Source: Candidatus Kerfeldbacteria bacterium (GTDB taxonomy: Bacteria > Patescibacteriota > Patescibacteriia > UBA10025 > JAHIVO01). Taken from it: a stretch of DNA of 64,000 bases. A model generated the notes under the pieces. That model worked only from the letters and a program-made list of their open reading frames with translations. It searched no databases and was not told the origin of the DNA. This document shows positions 37,892 through 47,859 of this stretch, piece by piece. How positions within the stretch are numbered: position 1 is the first letter of the stretch; every line of letters starts with the position of its first letter. The translations under genes and the position numbers were made by a program. The stretch lies in the NCBI GenBank assembly GCA_016214565.1, contig JACROE010000002.1, forward strand, positions 728,007-792,006, written 5' to 3'.

Positions 37892-39193
37892 ATGGATATA
37901 CAATCTATACCTCAAACCTCAGCGCCGAAAGGACCATCACGTGGATTGTCACAAAACATTACCATGACGATTGGCATGTTTCGCACTTTGCTCGTGGTTG
38001 TAATTATTTTTTGTATTATTATTGGTGGAGCATCAGCTATGTTTTTTTCCGGATGGATGCGGGCTGATTCGAATGTGGCAGGGTGGATTGATCAGCACAT
38101 TTTCAACAACAAGACAGGTGACACCAACCTTTCTTTACAAAAGACATTGCAGGTGACGACGGAAGAGTCAGCGACGATAGACGTGGTCAAGGCAGCGTCG
38201 CCGGCGGTGGTCAGTATTATTATTTCCCAGGATTTAAGTAAACTCTACAGTCAATCAGAACTATTTCCATTTGAAGACTTTTTTGGGTTTGGCACGAATA
38301 TCCAGCCACCCCCGCCGGAAGGAAAACAAACGATCGGTGCAGGGACTGGGTTTATCATAGAAGCTGACGGCTTAATCGTTACTAATAAGCATGTGGTATC
38401 TGATGAAAGTGCCGAATATACGGTAGTGCTTCAAGATGGCACCCAGCATACTGCCACGGTGCTTGATACTGATCCATTGAATGATTTAGCCGTACTCGAC
38501 ATTGAGGCGACTGATTTACCGACACTTCAATTGGGCGACTCAGACAGTCTACAGATTGGCCAATTTGTCATTGCCATTGGCAATACCTTAGGTGAATACA
38601 GCAATACGGTTACTCGTGGCGTGGTTTCGGGCTTATCTCGTACCGTTACCGCGGGTGATGGCAATGGATCATCAGAAACGCTTGAAGATATTATTCAGAC
38701 GGATGCCGCCATCAACCAAGGGAATTCTGGTGGGCCGCTCCTGAACCTGAACGGGGAAGTGATTGGCGTTAATACGGCAGTTAGCCGAGAGGGGCAATTA
38801 GTTGGATTTGCCATACCCATCAATCAAGCGAAATTGGTGATTGACAGCGTCCGTGAATTTGGGAGGATCGTACGTCCGTACCTCGGCGTGCGTTATATCC
38901 CGATTACCAAAGAAATCGCCGAACGTAATTCATTAGCCGTTGATTATGGCGCATTGATCGTCAGGGGTGAACGAGCCGCTGATCTAGCGATCGTTCCCGG
39001 CAGCCCAGCGGATAAAGCGGGGCTGCTCGAAAATGATATAATTTTAGAATTAGAGGGACAGCGCATTGATGAGGACCACAGCTTGGTGCAGGCATTGCAA
39101 TCACATGCGTCAGGTGATACGGTTACCCTGAAAGTATATAGTAAAGGCGCTGAGAAAACAGTTACGGCGACACTTGAAGAATTACCTGATTAA
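37892..39193 (+). CDS. htrA: HtrA/DegP-family serine protease with PDZ domain
   Basis: Trypsin-like catalytic triad region: TNKHVV, DLAVL and GNSGGPLLN. C-terminal PDZ. N-terminal TM helix. Confidence 0.85.
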   Translation: MDIQSIPQTSAPKGPSRGLSQNITMTIGMFRTLLVVVIIFCIIIGGASAMFFSGWMRADSNVAGWIDQHIFNNKTGDTNLSLQKTLQVTTEESATIDVVKAASPAVVSIIISQDLSKLYSQSELFPFEDFFGFGTNIQPPPPEGKQTIGAGTGFIIEADGLIVTNKHVVSDESAEYTVVLQDGTQHTATVLDTDPLNDLAVLDIEATDLPTLQLGDSDSLQIGQFVIAIGNTLGEYSNTVTRGVVSGLSRTVTAGDGNGSSETLEDIIQTDAAINQGNSGGPLLNLNGEVIGVNTAVSREGQLVGFAIPINQAKLVIDSVREFGRIVRPYLGVRYIPITKEIAERNSLAVDYGALIVRGERAADLAIVPGSPADKAGLLENDIILELEGQRIDEDHSLVQALQSHASGDTVTLKVYSKGAEKTVTATLEELPD

Positions 39194-39221
39194 TCATATT
39201 TATATGCCAAAAGGAGAGCAC

Positions 39222-39623
39222 ATGAGTGAACCTGTAGACGAAGCGCTAGCCCTGGAAGCCGAGTCGCATCCTGAGCTGCAAGAAGCTCGTGCCATGCTTG
39301 AGGAACTGTATGAATTAGCGCACGAGTTAGATCCGGAAGGGACGCGATCGTATGCTCAGCTCCGTGACAGCAGCAAGATGTTTCGTAAGTTGACCACCTC
39401 GCTTCAGCATACGATTGAAATGGGGGGCGCGCCGGCAACCGCCGCGCATTTACTTGAAGCTATTGTTGAGAACATCATCGATTATCACTCTGCGCACGAA
39501 TTTGCGCGAGCGATGACTGATCCGCGGCATTTGGTGAGCGGAAGTACCGAATTCGAATTGTATACTCACTTGATGGCTGGTTTGCGGGAAAATATGAAAC
39601 AGGACATGCCCGAAGCTGCCTAA
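39222..39623 (+). CDS. Hypothetical acidic protein
   Basis: The ATG at 39222 has an AAAGGAGAG SD. The ORF-track start at 39174 overlaps htrA. Confidence 0.45.
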   Translation: MSEPVDEALALEAESHPELQEARAMLEELYELAHELDPEGTRSYAQLRDSSKMFRKLTTSLQHTIEMGGAPATAAHLLEAIVENIIDYHSAHEFARAMTDPRHLVSGSTEFELYTHLMAGLRENMKQDMPEAA

Positions 39624-39667
39624 GGCAGACCTGGCGAGATTTCCTATTTTCCGGTAGGATATGGGGT

Positions 39668-40768
39668 ATGAAAGAATTACTCGCGTCACTGGAGGAATTA
39701 CAATCAAAAATTGAACGGACCTGGAAGCTGCTTGATCTCGACCACCAGCGAGATGAAATGAAATCGCTTGAATTTGAGATGGCCGAGCCTGATTTTTGGT
39801 CGGATCCCGATCGGGCAAAAGCGAAAAGCAAGCGGCACGACGAGATTCAACGGGAACTGGATCAATGGGAGCGCATCCGTCGAGATGTGGAAGAAACCAA
39901 GCATTTGGCTGGCGATAGTATCGCGAGCGGAGATCATAGTTTGGCGGATGATATCACCAAGCGTCTAGCTGAACTGGAGCAGTCATTTACTTCGCTTGAG
40001 TTTTATCTGATGCTCTCTGATCGCCATGATACGCGCAATGCGATTGTGGCGATTCATGCGGGTACGGGCGGTGTTGACGCGCAAGACTGGGCGGCCATGC
40101 TGCTTCGGATGTATTTACGCTATATTGAAAAAAAAGGGTGGACCGCACGCGTCGTGGATGAATCAGCTGGTCAGGAAGCAGGCATCAAAAGCGTGACTTT
40201 CGAAGTGCAGGGACGCTATGCCTACGGTTATCTCAAGGCGGAAGCGGGCGTGCATCGTTTGGTGCGCATTTCACCCTTTGACGCAGAAAAAATGCGCCAT
40301 ACCTCGTTTGCCCTGGTTGAAGTATTGCCTGAGTTTGATGATACAGATGAGATACAAATAGCCGATAAAGATCTGCGGATTGACACGTACATGTCTTCAG
40401 GTAAAGGCGGCCAGTCAGTGAATACGACGTATTCCGCGGTGCGTATCGTGCATATCCCGACTGGCATCACCGTGACTTGCCAGAACGAACGCTCCCAACA
40501 GCAAAATAAAGCTACCGCATTGAAAATATTGAAGGGAAAGCTGCACGCCATTGCCCAGGCAGAACAGCAGGCTGAGAAACAAGCGCTGCGTGGTGAGTAT
40601 CAAGAAGCCGCCTGGGGTAATCAAGTGCGTTCGTATGTATTGCAGCCGTACCAGCTCGTCAAAGATCATCGGACGAAATATGAAGAACAAGATGTCAATC
40701 GAGTGCTGGATGGTGGCCTGGACAGTTTCATCGAGCAGCACTTACGTGAAACGATAAAGAGAGTATAA
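39668..40768 (+). CDS. prfB: Peptide chain release factor 2, encoded in a single frame (no programmed +1 frameshift)
   Basis: SPF tripeptide (VRISPFDAEK) and GGQ (SSGKGGQSVNTT). 366 aa, contiguous from the ATG. Confidence 0.9.
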   Translation: MKELLASLEELQSKIERTWKLLDLDHQRDEMKSLEFEMAEPDFWSDPDRAKAKSKRHDEIQRELDQWERIRRDVEETKHLAGDSIASGDHSLADDITKRLAELEQSFTSLEFYLMLSDRHDTRNAIVAIHAGTGGVDAQDWAAMLLRMYLRYIEKKGWTARVVDESAGQEAGIKSVTFEVQGRYAYGYLKAEAGVHRLVRISPFDAEKMRHTSFALVEVLPEFDDTDEIQIADKDLRIDTYMSSGKGGQSVNTTYSAVRIVHIPTGITVTCQNERSQQQNKATALKILKGKLHAIAQAEQQAEKQALRGEYQEAAWGNQVRSYVLQPYQLVKDHRTKYEEQDVNRVLDGGLDSFIEQHLRETIKRV

Positions 40769-40778
40769 TACCTGATAT

Positions 40779-42674
40779 ATGTGTGGAATTGTCGGTTATA
40801 TTGGCACCCGTGAAGCCAGACCTATCCTTTTGGATGGTCTGAAGCGTTTAGAATATCGGGGCTATGATTCCTCCGGTATTGCCACAGTGGGTGACGGCTT
40901 ATTGATTCGGAAGGCGGTCGGTCGCATCGCAGAATTGGAACGGCAGTTAGGTGGCATGCAATTTCCGGGATCAATCGGCATTGCCCATACCCGTTGGGCG
41001 ACCCATGGTGTCCCGTCAGATGCAAATGCCCATCCGCACACAGGGCAAGATGGGATTGTAGCATTGGTACATAATGGCATTATCGAAAATTACCGTTCGT
41101 TGCGCGAATTGTTGCAGCGGCAGGGACATACGTTTCGTTCGGAAACGGATACGGAGGTAGTGGCACATTTGATTGAGCGGTATCATAATAATCATTCGCT
41201 TGAGGAAGCGGTGCAAATGGCGCTGGTGCAACTGAAAGGCGCCTACGGTCTGGTAGTGATGAGCAGCAACGAGCCCGATACGTTGATTGCGGCTCGTAAT
41301 GGCAGCCCGCTCGTTTTAGGCATTAGTGAAGGTGAGTATTTTATCGCTTCAGACGCTGCGGCGTTACTGCCCTATACGCGTCAGGTGATTTATCTCAGTG
41401 ATGGGGAAGTGGCAATTTTGAAACGGCACACCTATTCAGTTCGCACGCTTGATAATCAAATTGTTAATAAGGAAGTTGAGCAGATTACCTGGGATCTGGA
41501 GCAGATTGAAAAGGGTGGCTTCCCGCACTTCATGCTAAAAGAAATTTATGAACAGCCGACCGCAATTCGCCAGACGCTGAGCGGCCGGGTGCACGCTGAT
41601 CGAGCGGCGGTTCGATTACGCTGTCTCAAGAATGGTTTTGTCGATGGAGTAGGCACGATTAATTCCATTAAGATACTTGCGTGCGGCACATCATGGCATG
41701 CCGGATTGGTTGGCCAGTTTCTCATGGAGAAGACACTCCGTATTCCGGTCACCTGCGAACAAGCCTCAGAATTCCGATATCGCCATCCGGTGATCGTTCC
41801 GCATTCCATTGCCATCGCTATTTCTCAGTCTGGCGAAACCGCGGATACCAAAGGTGCGGTGACACTGGCTAAGGAATTAGGCGCCTACACGCTGGGGGTG
41901 GTCAACGTGGTTGGTTCAGCGATTGCTCGCATGGTTGATGGCGGCGTGTATTTGCACGCGGGACCAGAAATCGGCGTGGCCTCAACGAAGGCATTTTCCT
42001 GCCAAGTAGTGGCATTGTCCATCCTCAATGTTGGCTTAGCTGAGATCCTTGATCGGGTCAAACCATTGCCTAATGGTAAGAAACGAATTGCCCCGGAAGA
42101 CGCAATCAAGATTGTAAATGAACTTGATCGATTACCGGACAAAGTACAGCGCGTGCTGGATAGCGTGTACGACCGCAACGGCACCGGCGGCATTGTCAAA
42201 AAAATTGCCCAGGCATTTGGCTCCAGCGATCATTTCCTATATTTAGGTCGCGGATATAATTATCCGATTGCCCTTGAGGGTGCGCTTAAATTGAAAGAAA
42301 TTTCTTATATTCACGCCGAAGGCTATTCCGCGGCGGAAATGAAGCATGGTCCGATTGCGTTGATTGATGAAAATATGCCGGTGGTAATTGTCGCCCCCCA
42401 GGACAGCGAGGAACCGCAGAGTTATGACAAAATCGTCTCCAATGCGGAGGAAGTGCGCGCCCGCGGTGGCCGTATCATTGCCATAGTGAACGAAGGGGAT
42501 GCCCAGATTTCAAAATTAGCTGAATGGGTGATTGAGATCCCTAATACTCTGGCACATCTTGTACCGGTTCTTGCCACAATTCCACTGCAGCTGCTTGCCT
42601 ATGAAATTGCTGTGCAGAAGGGGTTTGATCCGGATAAACCGCGCAATCTCGCCAAGTCGGTAACGGTGGAATAA
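40779..42674 (+). CDS. glmS: Glutamine--fructose-6-phosphate aminotransferase
   Basis: MCGIVGYIG N-terminal nucleophile Cys and two SIS domains. 631 aa. Confidence 0.95.
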   Translation: MCGIVGYIGTREARPILLDGLKRLEYRGYDSSGIATVGDGLLIRKAVGRIAELERQLGGMQFPGSIGIAHTRWATHGVPSDANAHPHTGQDGIVALVHNGIIENYRSLRELLQRQGHTFRSETDTEVVAHLIERYHNNHSLEEAVQMALVQLKGAYGLVVMSSNEPDTLIAARNGSPLVLGISEGEYFIASDAAALLPYTRQVIYLSDGEVAILKRHTYSVRTLDNQIVNKEVEQITWDLEQIEKGGFPHFMLKEIYEQPTAIRQTLSGRVHADRAAVRLRCLKNGFVDGVGTINSIKILACGTSWHAGLVGQFLMEKTLRIPVTCEQASEFRYRHPVIVPHSIAIAISQSGETADTKGAVTLAKELGAYTLGVVNVVGSAIARMVDGGVYLHAGPEIGVASTKAFSCQVVALSILNVGLAEILDRVKPLPNGKKRIAPEDAIKIVNELDRLPDKVQRVLDSVYDRNGTGGIVKKIAQAFGSSDHFLYLGRGYNYPIALEGALKLKEISYIHAEGYSAAEMKHGPIALIDENMPVVIVAPQDSEEPQSYDKIVSNAEEVRARGGRIIAIVNEGDAQISKLAEWVIEIPNTLAHLVPVLATIPLQLLAYEIAVQKGFDPDKPRNLAKSVTVE

Positions 42675-42695
42675 TTTGTCATTGGTGAGGATGTT

Positions 42696-42720
42696 CCCTT
42701 GACAAAAGGGCTTATTTTTT
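42696..42720 (+). terminator. Rho-independent terminator after glmS
   Basis: CCCTT-gacaa-AAGGG followed by CTTATTTTTT. Confidence 0.55.
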
Positions 42721-42992
42721 GGTAGGCTGAGCCATAATGCAATTTGACATATCCAAGGTATGGTGGGGAAATGAGCAGAAAAGAAGCTGTAGGCGGTGAT
42801 CTTTTTTCGCCGTTCCCCCCGCCTTGGTAAACCGAGGTGAAAAAATAACGCAGTGATTTTTCATTGCATTCAAAAGACATTCAAAACCAACAACCACAAA
42901 CCTGCATCAGTATGAAAGGAGCAAGCTGATGCACATCATTTCGGAAAAAAGCAACTTGAAACCTGAAACTCAATTCAGAAAGAAACACCGCC

Positions 42993-43313
42993 ATGGAACA
43001 AGACAATGGAACTGTCATAACTGCTCAAGAGGCAGTTGCCTCTGAGGCGCAATTGTTTGATTGTCCGCACGATGAGTGTGGAGCCTCTCAGAGTGTACAG
43101 ATTGTCGGAGAAGCTCATGTCACTTCAAAAGAACCGCTTGGGTACTGCGATAAGTGTAAGGGATGGACTATTGATAATCCTCCTGATATTCTTGTCGGAG
43201 GACCGGCCGGACTTAAGCAAAGACGGGGTGACTTGTGCTGCAAGTTTACCTTAAATGCAGCCGGACGGGCCCGAGGGCTTACTAAGGTAATCAATCCGCT
43301 CAATAAGACCTGA
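42993..43313 (+). CDS. Small Cys-containing hypothetical protein (106 aa)
   Basis: ORF flanked upstream by an AAAGGAG SD (12 nt before the ATG) and downstream by a strong terminator. Contains a CPHDEC...CDKCKGW possible zinc-ribbon. Confidence 0.4.
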   Translation: MEQDNGTVITAQEAVASEAQLFDCPHDECGASQSVQIVGEAHVTSKEPLGYCDKCKGWTIDNPPDILVGGPAGLKQRRGDLCCKFTLNAAGRARGLTKVINPLNKT

Positions 43314-43347
43314 GCACTTCGTTCCATTTTTCATTTTTCTCTCATGA

Positions 43348-43385
43348 GGCAGGATATCCAGCTGGATCCTGCCTTTTATTTTTTA
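43348..43385 (+). terminator. Rho-independent terminator
   Basis: GGCAGGATATCCAGCTGGATCCTGCC followed by TTTTATTTTTT. Confidence 0.7.
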
Positions 43386-43482
43386 TCTCGTGAGAGATAA
43401 ATCTCTAACGGGATTTGACAGCGAGCTGTTGCTAGGTTAGTATTAGATTTATCAACCTTCCCATATTTTTGGGGAGGTTATT

Positions 43483-44991
43483 ATGTATCCACAAAAAGCA
43501 ACGATTTTTTTAGCAGGAGGAATTACACTGTTAGTTGGCGCTGCCCTAGGTCTCCTGTTTGAACTCCCGGTTGAAGCCATGATTGCTATTGGCGCTTCGG
43601 GGCTGGTTATTGCTGTTGTTCAACGTCGTTGGCGTGCCGGTTTACTGGTGGGTATTTGCTTGATTACGTTCGCGCTGGGGATGTGGCGATCATACGCGAG
43701 TATGACTGCGGCAGAGCAAGATGGACTGGTGCCATATCACGGTCAAACTATTTCGTTCATTGGTGTCGTTGACGCCGAGCCTGACGTGCGCAGCGATCAA
43801 GTAAAGTTGACCATTGCGGTGCAATCCGATGATGATGGTAATTTATTATCTGGTCTAATATTAGTCTCAGCGTTGCTGTACCCCGAATATCAGTATGGCG
43901 ACCGGCTCTGGATACGGTGCCGCATCGAGCAGCCGGGGATTATCCAGTCGGATGACGGGCGCGATTTTAATTACGGTCGGTATGTATCACTGTCACATAT
44001 CTATAGCGTTTGTTTCCGGCCGCAGATCAAACTGATCGACCGCGGGCAGGGCAGTCCACTGATATCAGGATTGATTCAGGTTAAGCAACAGTTTATTGAG
44101 CGTTTGACGCGGGTGATGGGTGAACCAGAGGCGTCGTTTGCCGCTGGATTGCTCGTTGGTGCCAAACAATCATTACCCGAGTCGGTGCGGGCTGCCTTTC
44201 GTATCACTGGCACGTCCCACATCATTGCGTTGTCTGGGTATAATATTTCAATTATTGCAATCTGCATTCAGAAATTATGCAGCACGTTTTGGTTGTCTCG
44301 CCGAACTGCTTTTTGGGTTGCCGTGGGAGTGATTATTTTTTTCGTGGTGATGACTGGTGCGGCTGCCTCAGTCACTCGAGCGGGGATCATGGGCGGCCTG
44401 GTGTTGCTGGCTCGGCAGTTGGGGAGGATGAGCCGCATTGCCCAAGCCCTTGTTTTGGCTGCGTGTATCATGATATGGATGAATCCGCCGGTACTTCTCT
44501 ATGACATCGGCTTCCAGCTGTCATTTCTCGCCACATTCGGCCTGGTATATCTTTCGCCATTGATTGAGCGATGGCTGAGATGGGTACCCGACCTGTTTGC
44601 CTTGCGCAGCAGTTTGTCTGCTACACTGTCTGCCATCGTCATGACCTTGCCGATCATTGTATATTATTTTGGCACTGTATCTCTGATTGCCCCGCTAGTT
44701 AATGTTTTAATATTGCCATTTATTCCGATTGCGATGGGCTTTGGGTTTGTCACGGGGCTGCTTGGGTTTGTGGTACCCATGCTGGCAGCATGGTTTGGTT
44801 GGCTGACCTGGGCATTGTTGCACGGCATACTTGTTCTCATCCGGTGGTGGGCTGGGTTGCCGTTTGCAGCAGTGCATCTTCCGGTCATTTCCATTGCAGT
44901 TTTAATTATCGCGTATCTCGTATTGGTGGTATGGCTGTGGTGGCTGCATAAAAAACCGCCGGCTGATGCACAACCGGCGGCGGCTCTTTGA
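43483..44991 (+). CDS. comEC: ComEC/Rec2-family DNA internalisation channel (DUF4131 + competence domain), without the metallo-beta-lactamase domain
   Basis: Polytopic membrane protein. The conserved competence-domain region is ...AAGLLVGAKQSLPESVRAAFRITGTSHIIALSGYNISII... Confidence 0.75.
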   Translation: MYPQKATIFLAGGITLLVGAALGLLFELPVEAMIAIGASGLVIAVVQRRWRAGLLVGICLITFALGMWRSYASMTAAEQDGLVPYHGQTISFIGVVDAEPDVRSDQVKLTIAVQSDDDGNLLSGLILVSALLYPEYQYGDRLWIRCRIEQPGIIQSDDGRDFNYGRYVSLSHIYSVCFRPQIKLIDRGQGSPLISGLIQVKQQFIERLTRVMGEPEASFAAGLLVGAKQSLPESVRAAFRITGTSHIIALSGYNISIIAICIQKLCSTFWLSRRTAFWVAVGVIIFFVVMTGAAASVTRAGIMGGLVLLARQLGRMSRIAQALVLAACIMIWMNPPVLLYDIGFQLSFLATFGLVYLSPLIERWLRWVPDLFALRSSLSATLSAIVMTLPIIVYYFGTVSLIAPLVNVLILPFIPIAMGFGFVTGLLGFVVPMLAAWFGWLTWALLHGILVLIRWWAGLPFAAVHLPVISIAVLIIAYLVLVVWLWWLHKKPPADAQPAAAL

Positions 44992-44999
44992 AATTATTG

Positions 45000-46001
45000 T
45001 TAGGCAACGAATTCGCCTTTGACTGCGGCGTGGCTGGCCTGGAGCCGCTTAAGGAATACCGCTTGGGCTGCTGCAACATTTTCTGATTTGCCCAACCAAA
45101 CCTTCAGCGGCGGTTCCTGCAGCGCTCGGGCGTAGGAGAAGCTGATTTTCCATGGGCCATCATTGGCTTTTGCCACCGCGTTCAGATTACTGGTGGCTTG
45201 TTCAGGCGTTTGGCCGCCGGACAGGAAGACAATGCCCGGTACCTGTTGTGGGACTGATTTTTTGAAACAACGGATAGTAGCGGTTGCAATTTCCTCGGGT
45301 GAGGCTTGAGTTGAGCACTCTTTTCCACTAATGACCATGCTGGATTTCAGAATGACGGCGGTAAGGTCAACTCGATAATTTTCTAATTCTCGGAACATGA
45401 TTTCGAGGGTTTGCGTGGTCACCGCTTCACTGCGCGCCAGGTCGTGCGGTCCGTCGATCAATACTTCAGGTTCAACGATGGGCACGATACCGGCCTCTTG
45501 GGCGAGGGCGGCGTAGCGGGCGAGGGCATGGGCGTTGGCTTGCATGCAGGCGACGGTCGGGAGCCAATCACCGTCAATGGTTATGACCGCGCGCCATTTG
45601 GCAGCACGGCAGCCCTGCTGATAAAAAGCAGCAAATCGATCGCGGAGTTTATCCAGTCCATCCGTTACTTTTTCTCCCGGGTAGAGGGCAAGGTTATGAG
45701 CTCCCTTATCCACTTTGATGATCGGAATGACACCATGCTTCTTGAGTAGTTCAAGAAAGGGGGTGCCATCATCGGCAGACTGAGTCAGCGTTTCCTCGAA
45801 GAGGATAATGCCTGATAGATAGTTGCCGATATCCGGCGTGGTGAAAAAAAGGTTCCGGTATTGACGACGCGTTTCCTCGGTCGATTCGAGGCCGATAGAT
45901 TCGAGGCGCTTGGTGGCGGTCGAGACCGATTCGTCTGCTGCCAGAAATCCCTTATGGTCGGCGACTAAGGCTTGGGCAATGTCATGGAGTGATTGGTTCA
46001 T
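45000..46001 (-). CDS. fba: Fructose-bisphosphate aldolase, class I
   Basis: HKGFLAADES (substrate-binding motif), IVEPEVL and the Schiff-base Lys region. The start was chosen at the internal Met (MNQSLHDIAQAL...), 4 nt after the glpX stop. The ORF-track start at 46070 would overlap glpX. Confidence 0.85.
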   Translation of the reverse strand: MNQSLHDIAQALVADHKGFLAADESVSTATKRLESIGLESTEETRRQYRNLFFTTPDIGNYLSGIILFEETLTQSADDGTPFLELLKKHGVIPIIKVDKGAHNLALYPGEKVTDGLDKLRDRFAAFYQQGCRAAKWRAVITIDGDWLPTVACMQANAHALARYAALAQEAGIVPIVEPEVLIDGPHDLARSEAVTTQTLEIMFRELENYRVDLTAVILKSSMVISGKECSTQASPEEIATATIRCFKKSVPQQVPGIVFLSGGQTPEQATSNLNAVAKANDGPWKISFSYARALQEPPLKVWLGKSENVAAAQAVFLKRLQASHAAVKGEFVA

Positions 46002-46005
46002 AATT

Positions 46006-46956
46006 TTATGATGATGCTTTATATGCGTCGTGATGGGTCGAAATATATCGAGCAGTGCCGGAAGATCCACGTAAGACTAACGAGTGCGTTTCGATGAATC
46101 GTTGGCGGGTGATGACTCCACGGAGGAGGGGTCCATCAATAATGCCGGTGGCAGTAAACGTCAATTGTCGGCCGTGGGCTAAATCCTCGGCGGTATAAAT
46201 TTTTTTGGTGTCATATCCCGCGTTAGCGATCACTGCAGCATGCTTGTCATTGGGCGGGGTAAATCGGGCGAGCAATTGGCCCCCCATAATTTTGACCGGC
46301 GCAGCGGCGAGGACTGCCTCGGTGCTTCCGCCGATGCCCATGACCATATCTATGTCATGTTCCGGCATGCAGGTAGCTACGGCTGTGGCCACGTCGCCGT
46401 CTGATACCATTCGGACCCGGGCACCAGCGGCACGGAGTTCCTCGACCAGGGACGTATGGCGGGGGCGGTCAAGTACCATGACGGTTATCTCTCGCGTGTC
46501 TTTGCCCAGCTTTTGAGCGACCTTTAATACGTTTTCGGTGGGAGTGGCATCGAGATCAATCACGCCCGCTGCTTCTGGACCAACTGCGATTTTGTTCATG
46601 TAGGTATCGGGCGCGCGAAAAAGCGAGCCGACTGGACCAGCCACGATCACGGCCATCGCATTGTACCGGCCGTGGGCTACGCTGTCGGTGCATTCCAGAG
46701 GATCGACGGCGATTTCCATAGCGGGACCGGCGCCGGTTCCAATAGTCTCGCCGACGTAGAGTTCGGGCGCTTCATCCTTTTGCCCCTCACCAATCACCAC
46801 GGTGCCAGCAAAATCAATCTGGTTAAATCGAGAGCGCATGGCATCGACTGCCGCTCCGTCGGCTTTCTTTGCTTCACCATAGCCAATCCACTCGGCCGCG
46901 GCGATTGCCGCAGCCTCAGTAACCCGAACAAATTCCAGTGCGAGATTTCTGTCCAT
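46006..46956 (-). CDS. glpX: Fructose-1,6-bisphosphatase class II (GlpX)
   Basis: 316 aa with typical GlpX blocks: EAAAIAAAEWIGYG..., VVIGEGQKDEAP and DPLECT. Confidence 0.9.
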   Translation of the reverse strand: MDRNLALEFVRVTEAAAIAAAEWIGYGEAKKADGAAVDAMRSRFNQIDFAGTVVIGEGQKDEAPELYVGETIGTGAGPAMEIAVDPLECTDSVAHGRYNAMAVIVAGPVGSLFRAPDTYMNKIAVGPEAAGVIDLDATPTENVLKVAQKLGKDTREITVMVLDRPRHTSLVEELRAAGARVRMVSDGDVATAVATCMPEHDIDMVMGIGGSTEAVLAAAPVKIMGGQLLARFTPPNDKHAAVIANAGYDTKKIYTAEDLAHGRQLTFTATGIIDGPLLRGVITRQRFIETHSLVLRGSSGTARYISTHHDAYKASS

Positions 46957-46990
46957 AGAGTAATGGTACCCGTAAATATCCTCAGCGTCA

Positions 46991-47842
46991 ATGTATATGA
47001 ATCAGAAAAAAATAAAGCAAATAATAGTTAGTGGCAGTTTTCTAATAGTATTGATTGCCTTTCTTTTTGTTACTCAATTGCAGCAGCGACCGGCTGGGGT
47101 TCGGGTAACATTTTTTGATATTGGCCAGGGAGACAGTGCGTTAATTCAAACTTCGGCAGGTTCTACTATTTTGATTGATGGGGGGCCTGATCGAACAATT
47201 TTAGAAAAGCTTGGTGCAGCGCTACCATTCTATGAACATTCGATTGACCTGATGATTCTGACGCATCCTCATGCCGACCATTTGAACGGACTACTGGCGG
47301 TGCTCGAGCGGTATGAGGTCAAGAATATTCTGTACACGGATGTCGCGTATGATGCACCACAATATGATGAGTGGCTACAGAGGCTCGAAAGTGTTTCAAG
47401 TAAAAAATTAATCGCTCATGCTGGTCAAACATTTACCTTTGATGAAGTGCAGCTTGAGGTACTCTATCCATTGTCCGATATGTCAGGGCAATCAATCGAT
47501 GATATCAACGAGTCATCTATCGTCGCGCGTCTAAGCTATCAAAATAATTCAATACTCTTCACGGGAGATGCCGGTGTGCCGACTGAGCAAGTACTCCTGA
47601 ATGCGGGAGTTGAACTTGAAAGCGATATTTTGAAAGTTGGACATCATGGGAGTGATACGTCGTCCTCAATTGTTTTTATTAATGCAGTCAGCCCTGCTAT
47701 TGCCGTTATTTCTTTGGGTAACAACACGTTTGGGCATCCGAAAGCCAGTGTTTTGAAGCGTCTGGAATACGTAGGTGCAGCGGTGAAACGCACCGATCAA
47801 CTGAGTGATATCGTGATTGAATTACCCCTTGACAAAAAATGA
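46991..47842 (+). CDS. Membrane-anchored metallo-beta-lactamase-fold hydrolase, equivalent to the C-terminal domain of full-length ComEC
   Basis: HPHADH metal-binding motif in ILTHPHADHLNGL. DIGQGDSALIQ is typical of the ComEC MBL domain. N-terminal TM helix. Confidence 0.75.
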   Translation: MYMNQKKIKQIIVSGSFLIVLIAFLFVTQLQQRPAGVRVTFFDIGQGDSALIQTSAGSTILIDGGPDRTILEKLGAALPFYEHSIDLMILTHPHADHLNGLLAVLERYEVKNILYTDVAYDAPQYDEWLQRLESVSSKKLIAHAGQTFTFDEVQLEVLYPLSDMSGQSIDDINESSIVARLSYQNNSILFTGDAGVPTEQVLLNAGVELESDILKVGHHGSDTSSSIVFINAVSPAIAVISLGNNTFGHPKASVLKRLEYVGAAVKRTDQLSDIVIELPLDKK

Positions 47843-47859
47843 TTAATATAGTACTATGC

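Noticed and set aside
39668-39760. Looked for the prfB programmed +1 frameshift site
   Set aside because: The ORF is continuous from its ATG, and no short upstream ORF ending in CUU UGA was seen. Reported as a finding (absence) rather than a feature.
45411-45749. 112-aa plus-strand ORF antisense to fba
   Set aside because: It lies entirely within the conserved fba coding region on the opposite strand. It has no SD and nothing recognisable in its translation.
46002-46070. ORF-track start of fba at 46070 (MDLPALLD…)
   Set aside because: It would overlap the glpX 3' end by 65 nt. The internal Met at 46001 gives the canonical class I aldolase N-terminus a few residues before the conserved GFLAADES.
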